Positions 49,834 through 59,803 of a DNA stretch of 64,000 nt are shown piece by piece (the stretch's first letter is position 1; each line of letters opens with the position of its first letter). The notes under the pieces were generated by a model. It worked only from the letters and a program-made list of their open reading frames with translations. It had not been told where the DNA came from and ran no database searches. Origin of the DNA: Candidatus Hydrogenedentota bacterium (GTDB lineage: Bacteria > Hydrogenedentota > Hydrogenedentia > Hydrogenedentales > SLHB01); the NCBI GenBank assembly GCA_963674865.2, contig CAXXYE010000007.1, positions 256,001 to 320,000 of the forward strand, written 5' to 3'. A program made the translations under genes and the position numbers.

Positions 49834-51084
49834 TTATTTCCCCAGCAGAAAGGTGACGGCATCCGTGTTCCACAGTGCGATGCCGATGTCCTGGTTGTCA
49901 TCCTTGTCGAAATCGGCGGTGCACAGCGCTCGGGGGGAGCCGTTCTTGAAGGTATACGTTTCCTTGTCAAAGGTGAGGGGTGTTTGGCCCTTCTTCGACT
50001 TATTCATCAGGACGATGACGCTCTGGGAGGCGTAGCAGGCAACCGCAATATCCATGCGGCGGTCATTATCGAAGTCGGCGACGACGAGATCGCGGACCTC
50101 GTGTTCCACTTTCGCACGCTCTTTTCCGAGCAGGATCTCCTGTGACAAACTGAACTGGAAGCCGCCGTCACCGAAGAAAATCACGATGGAATCGTCGGCG
50201 TGGCAATGCGAAACGACGAGGTCCTCTTCGCCATCGCGGTTCATATCGGCCACGGCAACCTTGTGCGGCAGTGCGCCGCGCGATGGGAATCGCCCGGCTT
50301 CCTCGAAAGCGCCGGTCCCATCACCCTTCCAGAGGGCCACCTCGTTGGTGCAGTACATGGTAGTGACGAGGTCGGTGTGCTTGTCGCCGTCGAAGTCGGC
50401 GGCGGCCAGATCCCTAGGCCCGCCGTAGGCGGGGATGTAACGCGGCTCGCCGAGATAGGATTCGTAGACTCCCGGGACGAAGATCAGGACGTCACAGGAC
50501 CACCCGGTGGCCAAAACATCGCGGTAGCCGTCGCCGTCGACATCCTTCACGATGAGCGCGGTGATGCCGGGGAGGGTGTAAACGGGCTTGCCGTCGAAGT
50601 CCCGCATGCGGGCGTACGAGAGCGTGTCCGTGGCCAATTCGAACTGCGAGGCCAGGAGGTTGTCTTCGACATTCCGAAAGAGAGAGATGTGGCGGCTCTT
50701 TGCGGCATGGAAGTTTCCGACGACGAGGTCCGGCGCGGGGAGAGCGTCCATGTTGGCGACGGCGATACAGTACGGCCCGAATCCGGTGGGCAGCGTCTGG
50801 CGCGAATACGTAAGGTCGCCCTCGGCCTTGAGATAGGACAACTCGTTATTAGCGGGCCGCTCCTCGCGAGGCTCATACATCTCGCCGCGGTCCGCCGTAA
50901 AGATCTCGGGCAGACCGTCACCATTCATGTCGGCGGCCACGATGTCTTCCGGCTCGGGGCCGACGGGGATAGCCTGGGGGTGCTTCTTGAAGCTATCGGC
51001 GGAGGCCGACCACGCGAGCAATACAAGGCACAGCACCGCCGGAACCGCGCACCGGCGACAAACCAATTGTTGAGATTTCAACAT
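49834..51084 (-). CDS. secreted FG-GAP/VCBS repeat beta-propeller protein
   Basis: Repeated AD(M/F)(N/D)GDG..D(L/I) motifs; signal peptide. Confidence 0.85.
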   Translation of the reverse strand: MLKSQQLVCRRCAVPAVLCLVLLAWSASADSFKKHPQAIPVGPEPEDIVAADMNGDGLPEIFTADRGEMYEPREERPANNELSYLKAEGDLTYSRQTLPTGFGPYCIAVANMDALPAPDLVVGNFHAAKSRHISLFRNVEDNLLASQFELATDTLSYARMRDFDGKPVYTLPGITALIVKDVDGDGYRDVLATGWSCDVLIFVPGVYESYLGEPRYIPAYGGPRDLAAADFDGDKHTDLVTTMYCTNEVALWKGDGTGAFEEAGRFPSRGALPHKVAVADMNRDGEEDLVVSHCHADDSIVIFFGDGGFQFSLSQEILLGKERAKVEHEVRDLVVADFDNDRRMDIAVACYASQSVIVLMNKSKKGQTPLTFDKETYTFKNGSPRALCTADFDKDDNQDIGIALWNTDAVTFLLGK

Positions 51085-51248
51085 CAGCGACACCTTCTCC
51101 AGCAAGATATAGCGGCCCAAGAGCCGCGTCCGTGTAGAGACTATAGTGGGCGCCGCCGGTGACAAGCAAGGGTGCGCGCGATAGAAGGCGGATGCCAAGT
51201 ACAGGTTCTCGCAAATACGGTGATTTGCCATTTCTGAGGCGCTCCGCC

Positions 51249-51300
51249 GGGAGGGACGCGCTCCTGCGCGTCCGCGGTCGGGCGGGAGCTCGACCCTCCC
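51249..51300. repeat. REP-like palindromic element (copy 2)
   Basis: gggagggacgcgctcctgcgcgtcc...gaccctccc with terminal gggaggg/ccctccc inverted repeat. Confidence 0.75.
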
Positions 51301-51465
51301 TTAGCCCAAAGAGGAGGATCTCGGTTGCGAACCGCATCTGTCGCTGCTGTACAATGCGCTGGCGGGGAGTCTGTGAAGTGCATCGCCGGCGGCCCGCTCT
51401 TGGCTGGATGGCCCGCGCCCCGCAATGTCGCACGGAAGCTGCAGGGAACCTATCGAAAAGGAGCG

Positions 51466-52980
51466 ATGCAGATGCTTATGGAACTTGCCGCGTGTGTCAT
51501 GTGTCTGGCGAGGGCGCAAGCCGCCGACGCGCCGGATTTCCTCAAAGGCTTCGTGGCGGACGAGCAGGGATTTCCCGGGGCGGTGCGGGTCGCGGAGCTA
51601 TCCGTGGAGGGGGACATGGGCTGCGTAACCGTCGATATCCCCTATCTGGATGTCCACGGCGAGCCGAAGATGGGCCAGGGACGCCTGATGGTGCGGCGCC
51701 AAGAGGTAGAGTCGGGGCAGCCGCTTCCGGCGTTCTGCCATGTGCACTACGAACTGGGCCTTGCGGGGGCCAAGAAGTGGTGTGAGGAAGGCTGGGCCGT
51801 CTTCACGGGCCACTACGCTCCCAAGGACAAGGGCGGATACCCGCTCGAGCTGTGCATCGGCGACAGCAACAACTTGGCGCGGGCACTCATCCAGTGGGTG
51901 CGGCGGCTACCGTTCATCGACAGGACACGACTGCACCTCGACGGAGGGAGCGCGGGAGGCTACATGGCGCTGGCCATGAGCGCGGACATGTTTCCGGTGA
52001 CTTCGACGACGGCCAATCTGCCCGTGGTGAACTGGGCATACAACTTCGGCTATTTCGAAGCGAACAAGGCGTGCGCCAAGTACGGCGAGGTCACATGGAA
52101 GGATAGCCCGCTGCCCCTGATGAGCATGGTAACCAAGCTCGCGGATCAAGCCTACGAGGTCTTCGGCCATGACCTCAGCGTCGACGCGTGGTATCTGGTA
52201 AGTCCCATCGCCTACCTCGACCGCATCGCCAACCCGGCGTCCGTCATCTGCTCGACGGGGGATATGCTCGTTCCCCACGCGCAAATGACGCGTCGCTTCC
52301 CTCGGCCGTTTGACCCCGGCCTGTTTCCGGAGTGTTACACGCGCGACTTTGACGCCGTGACGCATGCGGCGCGGGCACGACGCCGGTTCGACGAGGTCAT
52401 CCCGAAAGAGAAACTGGATGTCCGCCTTGTCCCCAAGCATGAGGGCCTGCCCGAGTTCACCAGGGCGCAGATCATGGGGGAGGAGCCGCCGGCCAAGGCG
52501 CCGTCGCCGGTGGATCGCCCGTGGTCGCACGAGAAGCAGTGGTCCCTCGTCGTCCTCGACGAAGGGCCGCCGCTGCCTTTCTGCGGGCACATGCGCCACT
52601 TGTGGCCCTTCCCGCCAAACAGCTTCGTCGAGATGTACCGGCAGGCGACCCCGGCGCCGTCGATTTTGAATCAGCCGAAGCTCGAGCGGCTGATGGAGCG
52701 GTACGCCGGGCGCATGCGTGATCTTCCCTTGCTCGCGGACGGCACGTGCACGAATCGGTTGAACTTCGAGCCGCTGGAGCAATTGGACGTGGTTACCGGA
52801 CTGCTCGACTACGCCGGGCTGGGCGAGGTCCATACGAAGCGGTTGAAGAAGCTCTACAAAGCCTGCTTAGAGAAGCCCTTCGGCGGGCGGCTGACGCTTC
52901 GTGAACTGGGCAAGCGGCGTGACGACTTGCTTTGCCGACAGGCCGCTCCCGGCGCGACACGTGTTCTGAACCATAATTGA
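51466..52980 (+). CDS. secreted alpha/beta-hydrolase-fold protein
   Basis: IDRTRLHLDGGSAGGY nucleophile elbow, TGDMLVP; RBS aaggag. Confidence 0.75.
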   Translation: MQMLMELAACVMCLARAQAADAPDFLKGFVADEQGFPGAVRVAELSVEGDMGCVTVDIPYLDVHGEPKMGQGRLMVRRQEVESGQPLPAFCHVHYELGLAGAKKWCEEGWAVFTGHYAPKDKGGYPLELCIGDSNNLARALIQWVRRLPFIDRTRLHLDGGSAGGYMALAMSADMFPVTSTTANLPVVNWAYNFGYFEANKACAKYGEVTWKDSPLPLMSMVTKLADQAYEVFGHDLSVDAWYLVSPIAYLDRIANPASVICSTGDMLVPHAQMTRRFPRPFDPGLFPECYTRDFDAVTHAARARRRFDEVIPKEKLDVRLVPKHEGLPEFTRAQIMGEEPPAKAPSPVDRPWSHEKQWSLVVLDEGPPLPFCGHMRHLWPFPPNSFVEMYRQATPAPSILNQPKLERLMERYAGRMRDLPLLADGTCTNRLNFEPLEQLDVVTGLLDYAGLGEVHTKRLKKLYKACLEKPFGGRLTLRELGKRRDDLLCRQAAPGATRVLNHN

Positions 52981-53067
52981 CGTTGTCTGTCCGCAGATGA
53001 AGAGGCGCCAAAGAGAAGCGAAGAACGGGGACTGTCCCACGCGAGCGAAGCGAGAGGGGACTGTCCC
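52961..53067 (+). repeat. MITE/REP-like element between convergent genes
   Basis: gtgttctga..cataattgacgttg...cagatgaa...gcgccaaa...ggggactgtccc; homologous to 18745-18850. Confidence 0.8.
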
Positions 53068-54047
53068 TACTTCCCAAGTTCCGCCGCAAGCGCGATGGCC
53101 GCACAGAGGCTTTCCTCGCGGGCAATGCCTTTGCCGGCAATATCGTAGGCCGTCCCGTGGTCCACGGAGGTACGGACGATGGGAATCCCCAGGGTGACGT
53201 TGACGCCCTCGTCCATGGCGATGAGCTTGAGGGGGATATGGCCCTGATCGTGGTACATGGCCACCACGAGGTCGAACTCGCCCTGCTTCATGCGAAGGAA
53301 GATGGTGTCGGCGGAGAATGGGCCGCAACAGTCGATGCCTTCGGCGCGGCAGGTTTCAACGGCCGGGCCGATTTCCTCGATTTCCTCCCGCCCGAAGGCG
53401 CCCGCCTCCCCGGCATGTGGATTCAGCGCGGCGACCGCGATGCGCCGCCGCGGCAGGTCGAGGCGAGCCAGCGCGTCCGCGGCGATCCTGATGGAATCGG
53501 CGATGCGCCCCGCCTTCACCATGCCCAAAGCCTCGCTGAGGGCGCAGTGGGAAGAGATGTGGACAATTCGCATCGGGCCGGCAAAAAGGCACATGCGGTA
53601 GTCGTGGGCTTTCGTCATGTCGGCGATGAAATCCGTGTGCCCCGCGAAGCGGCATCCGGCAAGATGGATCCCCTCCTTATTGATGGGACATGTCACCATA
53701 CCATCAACCTCTCCCGCCACGGCCAGCTTGACGGCCATCGCGATCCACTCGACGGCGCACTTGCCCGCCGCGGCGTCCAGCACCCCCGGCTCTAGGGGCG
53801 GGATATTTGCGGCGCCTTCGAGCACCGGCACGATGTCCGGCGACCCGTCGCGCCATGCGTTGTCATCGACCACCTTCGCCTCTGGGCAGGCCGGCGCCAA
53901 GTCCCGGGCCATGTTAAGGGCGGCGGCGCTTCCGATGACCACCGGCTGGCAGACGTCGTACAGTTCGCGCCGCGCCAGGGCCTTGGCCAGAATCTCAGGG
54001 CCGATGCCGTTCACATCGCCCATGGTGATCGCCAGTCGAGGCTTCAT
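53067..54047 (-). CDS. pdxA: 4-hydroxythreonine-4-phosphate dehydrogenase PdxA family
   Basis: ITMGDVNGIGPEI, GHT, LNPHAGE, AMYHDQG, RTSVDHGTAYDIAG. Confidence 0.93.
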   Translation of the reverse strand: MKPRLAITMGDVNGIGPEILAKALARRELYDVCQPVVIGSAAALNMARDLAPACPEAKVVDDNAWRDGSPDIVPVLEGAANIPPLEPGVLDAAAGKCAVEWIAMAVKLAVAGEVDGMVTCPINKEGIHLAGCRFAGHTDFIADMTKAHDYRMCLFAGPMRIVHISSHCALSEALGMVKAGRIADSIRIAADALARLDLPRRRIAVAALNPHAGEAGAFGREEIEEIGPAVETCRAEGIDCCGPFSADTIFLRMKQGEFDLVVAMYHDQGHIPLKLIAMDEGVNVTLGIPIVRTSVDHGTAYDIAGKGIAREESLCAAIALAAELGK

Positions 54048-54315
54048 GTGCTTCTCCTAGGTTGAGATGCAAGGGAAAAGAAGACGCATCATAGGATAGG
54101 CCACGCTGCGAACGAAGTCCAGACGCGGCCGCTGCGGCCACCTTCCGCACCATTCGGCGCGGACGGCGCAACCTGGATCAAGGGCAGTTTCTATCTGCTT
54201 TCGATCATCCAAACACGATGACGCGACTAAGCGCAAAAGAAGGCGACTGAATGTCTATCTATGATCGCGGAATCGCCTTTAATAATGGGCCTTCTCGCGA
54301 TTATTCATTTTCTTC

Positions 54316-54344
54316 TTGCAGCCTGCGAATATGAGTGCTATACT
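54316..54344 (+). promoter_or_regulatory. sigma70 promoter
   Basis: TTGCAG-17 bp-TATACT with an extended -10 TG, in an AT-rich context. Confidence 0.6.
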
Positions 54345-54435
54345 CCATGAATCGTTGCGACGCTTCGGGTCAACCGGAGAATGGCGGAAGGGTTGCTCCC
54401 GCAAGTAAACTGATGGCGTTGGCCCAAACGGCAAC

Positions 54436-54912
54436 GTGTCCTCCAGTAATAAGACAGTCTACAACCTACGGGGAAGTACTGTGTCTTTACGCGGACGGGA
54501 CAGGTGCATCTCGCAGGAGAACGGCGCGGGCAACGCGCTTTCGTTAGCCTGGGATATCCAGGTCGAAGCCGCCAAGGTTGGGTTTGATTGGCCCGATGTT
54601 GGCGGCGTTTTTGCCAAGTTGCGAGAAGAAGTCGCCGAGATCGAGTCCGCCTTGGCAGAGCAACAGCCCGAGAAGGCCCGAGCGGAGTTGGGCGACCTGC
54701 TCTTCTCCGCCGTGAATCTGGCGAGATTCCTGGAGGCCGACCCGGCGGCGGAACTGCGGAGGACGAACGAGAAGTTTCTTCGCCGGTTTGCCGAAGTAAC
54801 GAAGCGTGTCAACCGTACAGGGCGGCGCACCGGCGAGTGCACCTTGGAGGAATTGGACGTCTTCTGGGATCAAGTGAAACGAGAGGAACACAGCGCCCAG
54901 GACGGCGCTTGA
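54436..54912 (+). CDS. mazG: single-domain MazG-like nucleotide pyrophosphohydrolase (C-terminal half only); start uncertain
   Basis: AAKVGFDW, KLREEVAE, ELGDLLFSAVNLAR, TNEKFLRRF, TLEELDVFW. Confidence 0.8.
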   Translation: MSSSNKTVYNLRGSTVSLRGRDRCISQENGAGNALSLAWDIQVEAAKVGFDWPDVGGVFAKLREEVAEIESALAEQQPEKARAELGDLLFSAVNLARFLEADPAAELRRTNEKFLRRFAEVTKRVNRTGRRTGECTLEELDVFWDQVKREEHSAQDGA

Positions 54913-54988
54913 CATGGCCCAGTTCATAGGTACAAACTTGCGCCCTCGATCTTGCGAATTGCCCCAGTTTCAGGGGGCGAAACGGGCC

Positions 54989-55008
54989 TGTGGATAAGTT
55001 GTGGATAA
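54989..55008. promoter_or_regulatory. two tandem perfect DnaA boxes
   Basis: TGTGGATAA at 54989-54997 and 55000-55008 (TTATCCACA on the minus strand), upstream of dnaA. Confidence 0.9.
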
Positions 55009-55166
55009 CTTGGCTTGAGGTGCGTCTGTACGGCTGACAGATCGACTTGAGTCTTGATGCTTGGTTAGCGGGACGCGGAAGGAAGGCTGCCGTTGCCTGA
55101 AAAGCGAGCCGTTTTGATGGAATACGGTAACGTATCGTCAAAACGTTTGGCCTCTTAGGAGAGAAC

Positions 55167-56528
55167 ATGCCGGAACATCGACTGGACCCGTGGGCGCAAG
55201 CGCAGGGACGCTTGCGTGAATCCCTGGATGAACACAGTTACAAGAACTGGTTTTCCCAGACGCGCTACGAATCCTACGAAGACGGTTGTTTGACAGTGAG
55301 CGTTCCCAGCCAGTTCTTCGCGGACTGGCTTCGGGATCATTACCTCGACACGATACACGAGTCGATGCGCGCCGTGGCGCCCGAGTACCGCGATGTCCAG
55401 TTCATTCCGCTGGACGAGGCCCCCATGACGCCGGCGGCCAATGCCGCTGTGAGAATCGCGTCGGCCGAATCCAAGGGAGCGGCGCGGCCAAAGCCCGCAA
55501 CGCGCAATACCTTTGACGCCCGCTCGAACTTCTCCAGCTTCGTCGTCGGGGCGGGGAATCGCTTCGCGTATGCCGCGGCCAAGGCCGTGGCCGAGTCACC
55601 GGCCCGGGCGTACAATCCCCTGTTCCTTTATGGAGCGACGGGCCTGGGCAAGACGCACCTGATGCAAGCCATCGGGCAAGAGATTCTCGAGCGCGTCCCG
55701 GGAAGCAAAGTCGTCTTTATCTCCTCCGAGCGCTTCACGAACCAATTGATCGAGAGCATCGCGAAAAAATCGACGCAGCAATTCCGCTCCAAGTACCGGA
55801 AAGTGGACGTGTTGCTCATCGACGATATCCATTTCATCGCCGGGAAAGAAGCGACCCAGGAAGAATTCTTCCACACCTTCAACGAGTTGTTCGAACAGCG
55901 CAAACAGATCGTGTTGTCCAGCGACCGCGGCCCGAAAGACATTCACGGCCTCGAAGAGCGCCTCGTATCGCGATTCGAGTGGGGCCTGGTGACGGATATC
56001 CAGGCGCCGGATCTCGAGACGCGCGTGGCCATCCTCCAGAACAAGGCCGCCGAGGAAGGTTTCACGATACTCCCCGAGGTGAACCGGTACATCGCCACCC
56101 GCGTGATAACCAACATCCGCGTGTTGCAGGGCGCCCTCACCACGGTGCTCGCCTACAGCAGGCTCACGCACCAGCCCATCACCCTGTCCCTCGCCGAAGA
56201 GGTGATGACCATGCTGGTGGGCACGGAAGACATCAAGCAGATCCACGTGCAGGATATCCAGCGGGCGGTGGCGGAGCGGTTCGACGTCCGCATCGCCGAT
56301 CTGCGCGGCCGCAGCAGGCAGCGTCAAGTCTCGTATCCGAGGCAAATCGCGATGTACCTCTGCAAGGAGCTGATCCCCGGCATGTCGCTGAACGAGATCG
56401 GGGAAGCCTTCGGCGGCAAAGACCACACCACCGTGATTTACGCCTGTCAGAAGATCACGGAAGAAGCCAAGAACAACAAGGCCACCCAGCAGGCGCTGGC
56501 GAACCTCGAAAAGGCCATACGCTCCTGA
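55167..56528 (+). CDS. dnaA: chromosomal replication initiator DnaA
   Basis: YNPLFLYGATGLGKTHL, LLIDDIHF, RLVSRFEWGL, GEAFGGKDHTTV; RBS aggag. Confidence 0.97.
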   Translation: MPEHRLDPWAQAQGRLRESLDEHSYKNWFSQTRYESYEDGCLTVSVPSQFFADWLRDHYLDTIHESMRAVAPEYRDVQFIPLDEAPMTPAANAAVRIASAESKGAARPKPATRNTFDARSNFSSFVVGAGNRFAYAAAKAVAESPARAYNPLFLYGATGLGKTHLMQAIGQEILERVPGSKVVFISSERFTNQLIESIAKKSTQQFRSKYRKVDVLLIDDIHFIAGKEATQEEFFHTFNELFEQRKQIVLSSDRGPKDIHGLEERLVSRFEWGLVTDIQAPDLETRVAILQNKAAEEGFTILPEVNRYIATRVITNIRVLQGALTTVLAYSRLTHQPITLSLAEEVMTMLVGTEDIKQIHVQDIQRAVAERFDVRIADLRGRSRQRQVSYPRQIAMYLCKELIPGMSLNEIGEAFGGKDHTTVIYACQKITEEAKNNKATQQALANLEKAIRS

Positions 56529-57072
56529 ACATTGGGCGCCCGGGGACATGGGGGAGAACACGGCCGACGGAAGGCCGTCCTGGACAGCTTCAAGAGTAGA
56601 CCGTGATGAAGCCGCCAATGATAGCCGTCAATTTCGATGAGGGCAGCGTCGTTGTTTTACCGTCAACTCAGGCCCTCGAAGAATAGACCGAGCCCCCGGA
56701 GCCTGGTCCCTTCCTGTAGAAGCCCCGAGGGACGATAGCACACCCGGGCGCGCCGCTTGAACGTCACGCACCTTGTCCTCTGAGAGCTGAAACCTCAGAT
56801 TCTTTCGTCTTCACTAGCACATAACCCTTGGTGCCCCGCGCCCCGAAGGGGCAATTAGTTTGCTACATGATATGCGCTGTAAGATTCATAATCACAATAG
56901 CTTGCATCATGGCTTCCTAAACACAAGACCGTCTTTGGTCCATTATTGGGTCCGATCGAAAGGAACACCTGTCAATCTTGAGATACACCGGGAAACAAAC
57001 CATTAGAGGTTTCTTGCCTTTGCCAGTCGGCGCAGAAACGCCAAACTCCGTCCCTCGCCATGACGCTCATTG

Positions 57073-58629
57073 CTACTCCGTGAGTTCTCGCACGCTTATA
57101 TCGAGGCGCTGGAGCCATTTGCGGAAGACGTCGTAGCGGTCGTCGGGCATGGCTAGAAGCGCCATAGCGGCGCGGGCGTTGCCGCCTTCCCGGATGGCGC
57201 GTTCGAGGACCTGTTTGAGCCGGATCTCTCCGTGGATACGCCTGAACTCCCCCAAGTCCTCAATCTCAGGGTAGTCCTCGGGCGCAGGCGCCGACTCCGA
57301 GGAGGCGGCCGTTTTCACCGAAAGAGTAGTAGGCTTGGTCTCAGGTTCGGGCGCGGGCTCGGCGTCAGCTTGAGGCGGGGCCTCAGACGGTTTTGCAGTA
57401 CCTGGCGCTAATCCTAGGGTGTTGCGCACCTGTGCCTCGCTGATCACGCCCTCTTTGGCGAACACAGCCAATCGGCGCACGGTCGAGGCCAGTTCACGGA
57501 CGTTCCCGGGCCAATCGTGTTCTGCCAGGGCGGCCAGGGCTTCGGGCGTTATACTGCAAGCGATGTTGTTTCTGGCGGACGACGCATCAAGAAAGTGGCG
57601 CACGAGTAGGGGGATGTCCTCGGGGCGCTCGCGCAACCCGGGAATTGTGATAGGAATGTCCCAAATCCGATAGTAGAGATCGGCGCGAAAGTCGCCTTCT
57701 TCCTTGGCGGCGGCCAAGTCGCGGTGGGTGGCGCAGACGAGGCGGACGTCGACCTTGACAGGCTTGCCCCCGACTGGCCGCACTTCCTGATTCTCGATAG
57801 CGCGTAGCAGCTTGCTCTGCAGTGCCGGAGACATCTCCCCAATCTCGTCAAGGAACAGCGTCCCGCCGCTGGCTTGGCGGAATAGGCCCTCGTGGGCGCT
57901 TTCCGCGCCGGTGAAAGCGCCTTTCTCATGCCCGAACAGCTCGGAGTCCAGGACGGTCTCGGGAAACGAGGCGCAGTTCACGGCGATATATGGCTTCTTC
58001 CTCCGCGCGCTGCACTGGTGGATGGCACGAGCGGCCAAGTCCTTCCCCGAGCCGGTCTCGCCGAGGATGACGATGTTCATGTCGTCGAATTGCGCGGCCC
58101 GTTCGATGTGGCTGTAAAGCTGCTTCATTAGGGGATGCGCGCCGATCATGCCCTGGAAACGACTTCCCTTTTTCACGCGCGGGCCCGTATGAACCGACAA
58201 CACGGCGTCTCGCGCCCGACTGAGGGAACCCACCTGCCGTTTCAACTCAACGTTTTCCGTGGCCCGCCGGACGGTATCGCGGAGCTTGTCCCGGTCAAGC
58301 GGCTTGGTGATGTAGTGGAACGCGCCGGCCTGGATGGCCTCGACAACGAGTTCCACATCGGTAAGTACGGTCAGCATGATGACGGGAAGGTCGGGGTAGT
58401 CGTCCTTGATCCGTTTGAGCACCTCGACCCCCTCGCGGTGCTCAATCTTGGCGAAATGGGGCGGCATCTTGATGTCCAACAACACCAGGCTGATTTCGGG
58501 ATTACCTTCGAGCGTCTCAAGGCCGTTCTTGCCGGACTCGGCCCAGTGCAGGCGGTATCCGCGCAGAGCATGTTCGAGCCCCGGTTTGAAATCCACCACA
58601 TCATCGTCGATCACGAGAATCTCTACCAC
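57073..58629 (-). CDS. sigma54-dependent response regulator (NtrC-type enhancer-binding protein)
   Basis: REC domain (IDDD, LLDIKMP, T, K); GETGSGKD, GAFTGA, LFLDEIGEM, WPGNVREL; atypical C-terminal HTH. Confidence 0.95.
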   Translation of the reverse strand: MVEILVIDDDVVDFKPGLEHALRGYRLHWAESGKNGLETLEGNPEISLVLLDIKMPPHFAKIEHREGVEVLKRIKDDYPDLPVIMLTVLTDVELVVEAIQAGAFHYITKPLDRDKLRDTVRRATENVELKRQVGSLSRARDAVLSVHTGPRVKKGSRFQGMIGAHPLMKQLYSHIERAAQFDDMNIVILGETGSGKDLAARAIHQCSARRKKPYIAVNCASFPETVLDSELFGHEKGAFTGAESAHEGLFRQASGGTLFLDEIGEMSPALQSKLLRAIENQEVRPVGGKPVKVDVRLVCATHRDLAAAKEEGDFRADLYYRIWDIPITIPGLRERPEDIPLLVRHFLDASSARNNIACSITPEALAALAEHDWPGNVRELASTVRRLAVFAKEGVISEAQVRNTLGLAPGTAKPSEAPPQADAEPAPEPETKPTTLSVKTAASSESAPAPEDYPEIEDLGEFRRIHGEIRLKQVLERAIREGGNARAAMALLAMPDDRYDVFRKWLQRLDISVRELTE

Positions 58630-58654
58630 GCCTTCGCTCCCCTTCTATGCCCTC

Positions 58655-59776
58655 TCACTCACGTGTATCTGTTCGTGCGGTTTCGAGCTTCACAGGCAAT
58701 CGCACGGTTACACGGCAGCCTTTGCCGGGCGGCGCCGTGATGTCAAGCCGGCCGAGGTGGTCGTGCTCGATGACCTGGACCACCATGGGCAGCCCTTCGC
58801 CCGTACCGCCGCTCGATACGCCACGGGTGAGGCATGTCGCCAATTCTTCCTCGTTCATGCCCCGGCCGTTGTCCTGGAAGACAACCTCCACCCATAACCC
58901 GCTGTCCGTTGTCTGGCTCACGGTGATGGCCAGCTCGGACGTGCCTGCATGCTTGGCGGCGTTGGTGATGACCTCCGCGAAGCAATCCAGCAGCCGGGAC
59001 TCGTCCGCGAAGACCTTCGGGGCCGCTTGGGTGTCGAGAGAGACGGATAGCCCGTGTTTCTCGGCCAGGCTGCGCGTCAAAGCCACGGCCTGCTCGGCCA
59101 CGTCGCCAACAGCGACTTTGTGCCCGTCAAGTTCCGCTTGGATGCTCTGAAGCGCCTCCATCACGCCGTCGATGAGGCCCGGCGCCTCCGCTGCGAAGTC
59201 TCGGCGGACAGGTTCCTCATCGAGGCGCCCGCGCCCCCCCGTCGCAAGGCTGGTGAGGCGATCGAGGCGGTTCAGGGCGTCGCGGCGGCACACCGGGAAA
59301 TGGGCCGCCACGGTTTGGGTGTCCTCGAGGGTTTGGGTGAAGAAGGCCTCGATCTCCGCCCGGGCGCGTCCAAGTTGGTCTATGTTGGTCACCACCTGCT
59401 CCCGGACTTCTTCGTCATAGGCATCGACGAGACTCGGGCAGAAGAGCTTCAGGTTGTAGAAGCACACCCGTACGACGCTGTGCCGCACGTAGGAAAGCAG
59501 CCTTTCGAGGGTGTGTAAGTCGTGCAAGACGATACGGGGCCCTTCCGATGTCACGCCCGCTTTGCCGTCTTCCACGAGCCGTTTCACACGCTGGCGCGAT
59601 TCCCGAAGTAGCTGCTCGACCCGCCGCCGCGGGCGGGCGGCGCTAAGCTCGGGGCTGCTCGTTAACCGGGCCGCGGCCCGTTCGCGTGCCGCCTGGTACG
59701 ATGCCTCCATCTCCGCCCGCAAGGCCTGGATGTTCTCCGAAGTGTTGTTAAATGTCATCGGACTTCTGTCATTCAT
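58655..59776 (-). CDS. cytoplasmic histidine kinase-like protein
   Basis: N box EVITNAAKH, G1 DNGRG, G2 GTGEGL; possible H-box VLHDL; no TM segment. Confidence 0.8.
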   Translation of the reverse strand: MNDRSPMTFNNTSENIQALRAEMEASYQAARERAAARLTSSPELSAARPRRRVEQLLRESRQRVKRLVEDGKAGVTSEGPRIVLHDLHTLERLLSYVRHSVVRVCFYNLKLFCPSLVDAYDEEVREQVVTNIDQLGRARAEIEAFFTQTLEDTQTVAAHFPVCRRDALNRLDRLTSLATGGRGRLDEEPVRRDFAAEAPGLIDGVMEALQSIQAELDGHKVAVGDVAEQAVALTRSLAEKHGLSVSLDTQAAPKVFADESRLLDCFAEVITNAAKHAGTSELAITVSQTTDSGLWVEVVFQDNGRGMNEEELATCLTRGVSSGGTGEGLPMVVQVIEHDHLGRLDITAPPGKGCRVTVRLPVKLETARTDTRE

Positions 59777-59787
59777 AATCGTAGATT

Positions 59788-59803
59788 AGCACATCGCGTG
59801 CCA
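59788..59803 (-). promoter_or_regulatory. sigma54 (-24/-12) promoter
   Basis: Minus strand TGGCACGcgatgTGCT (GG-N10-GC) directly upstream of the histidine kinase gene. Confidence 0.7.
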
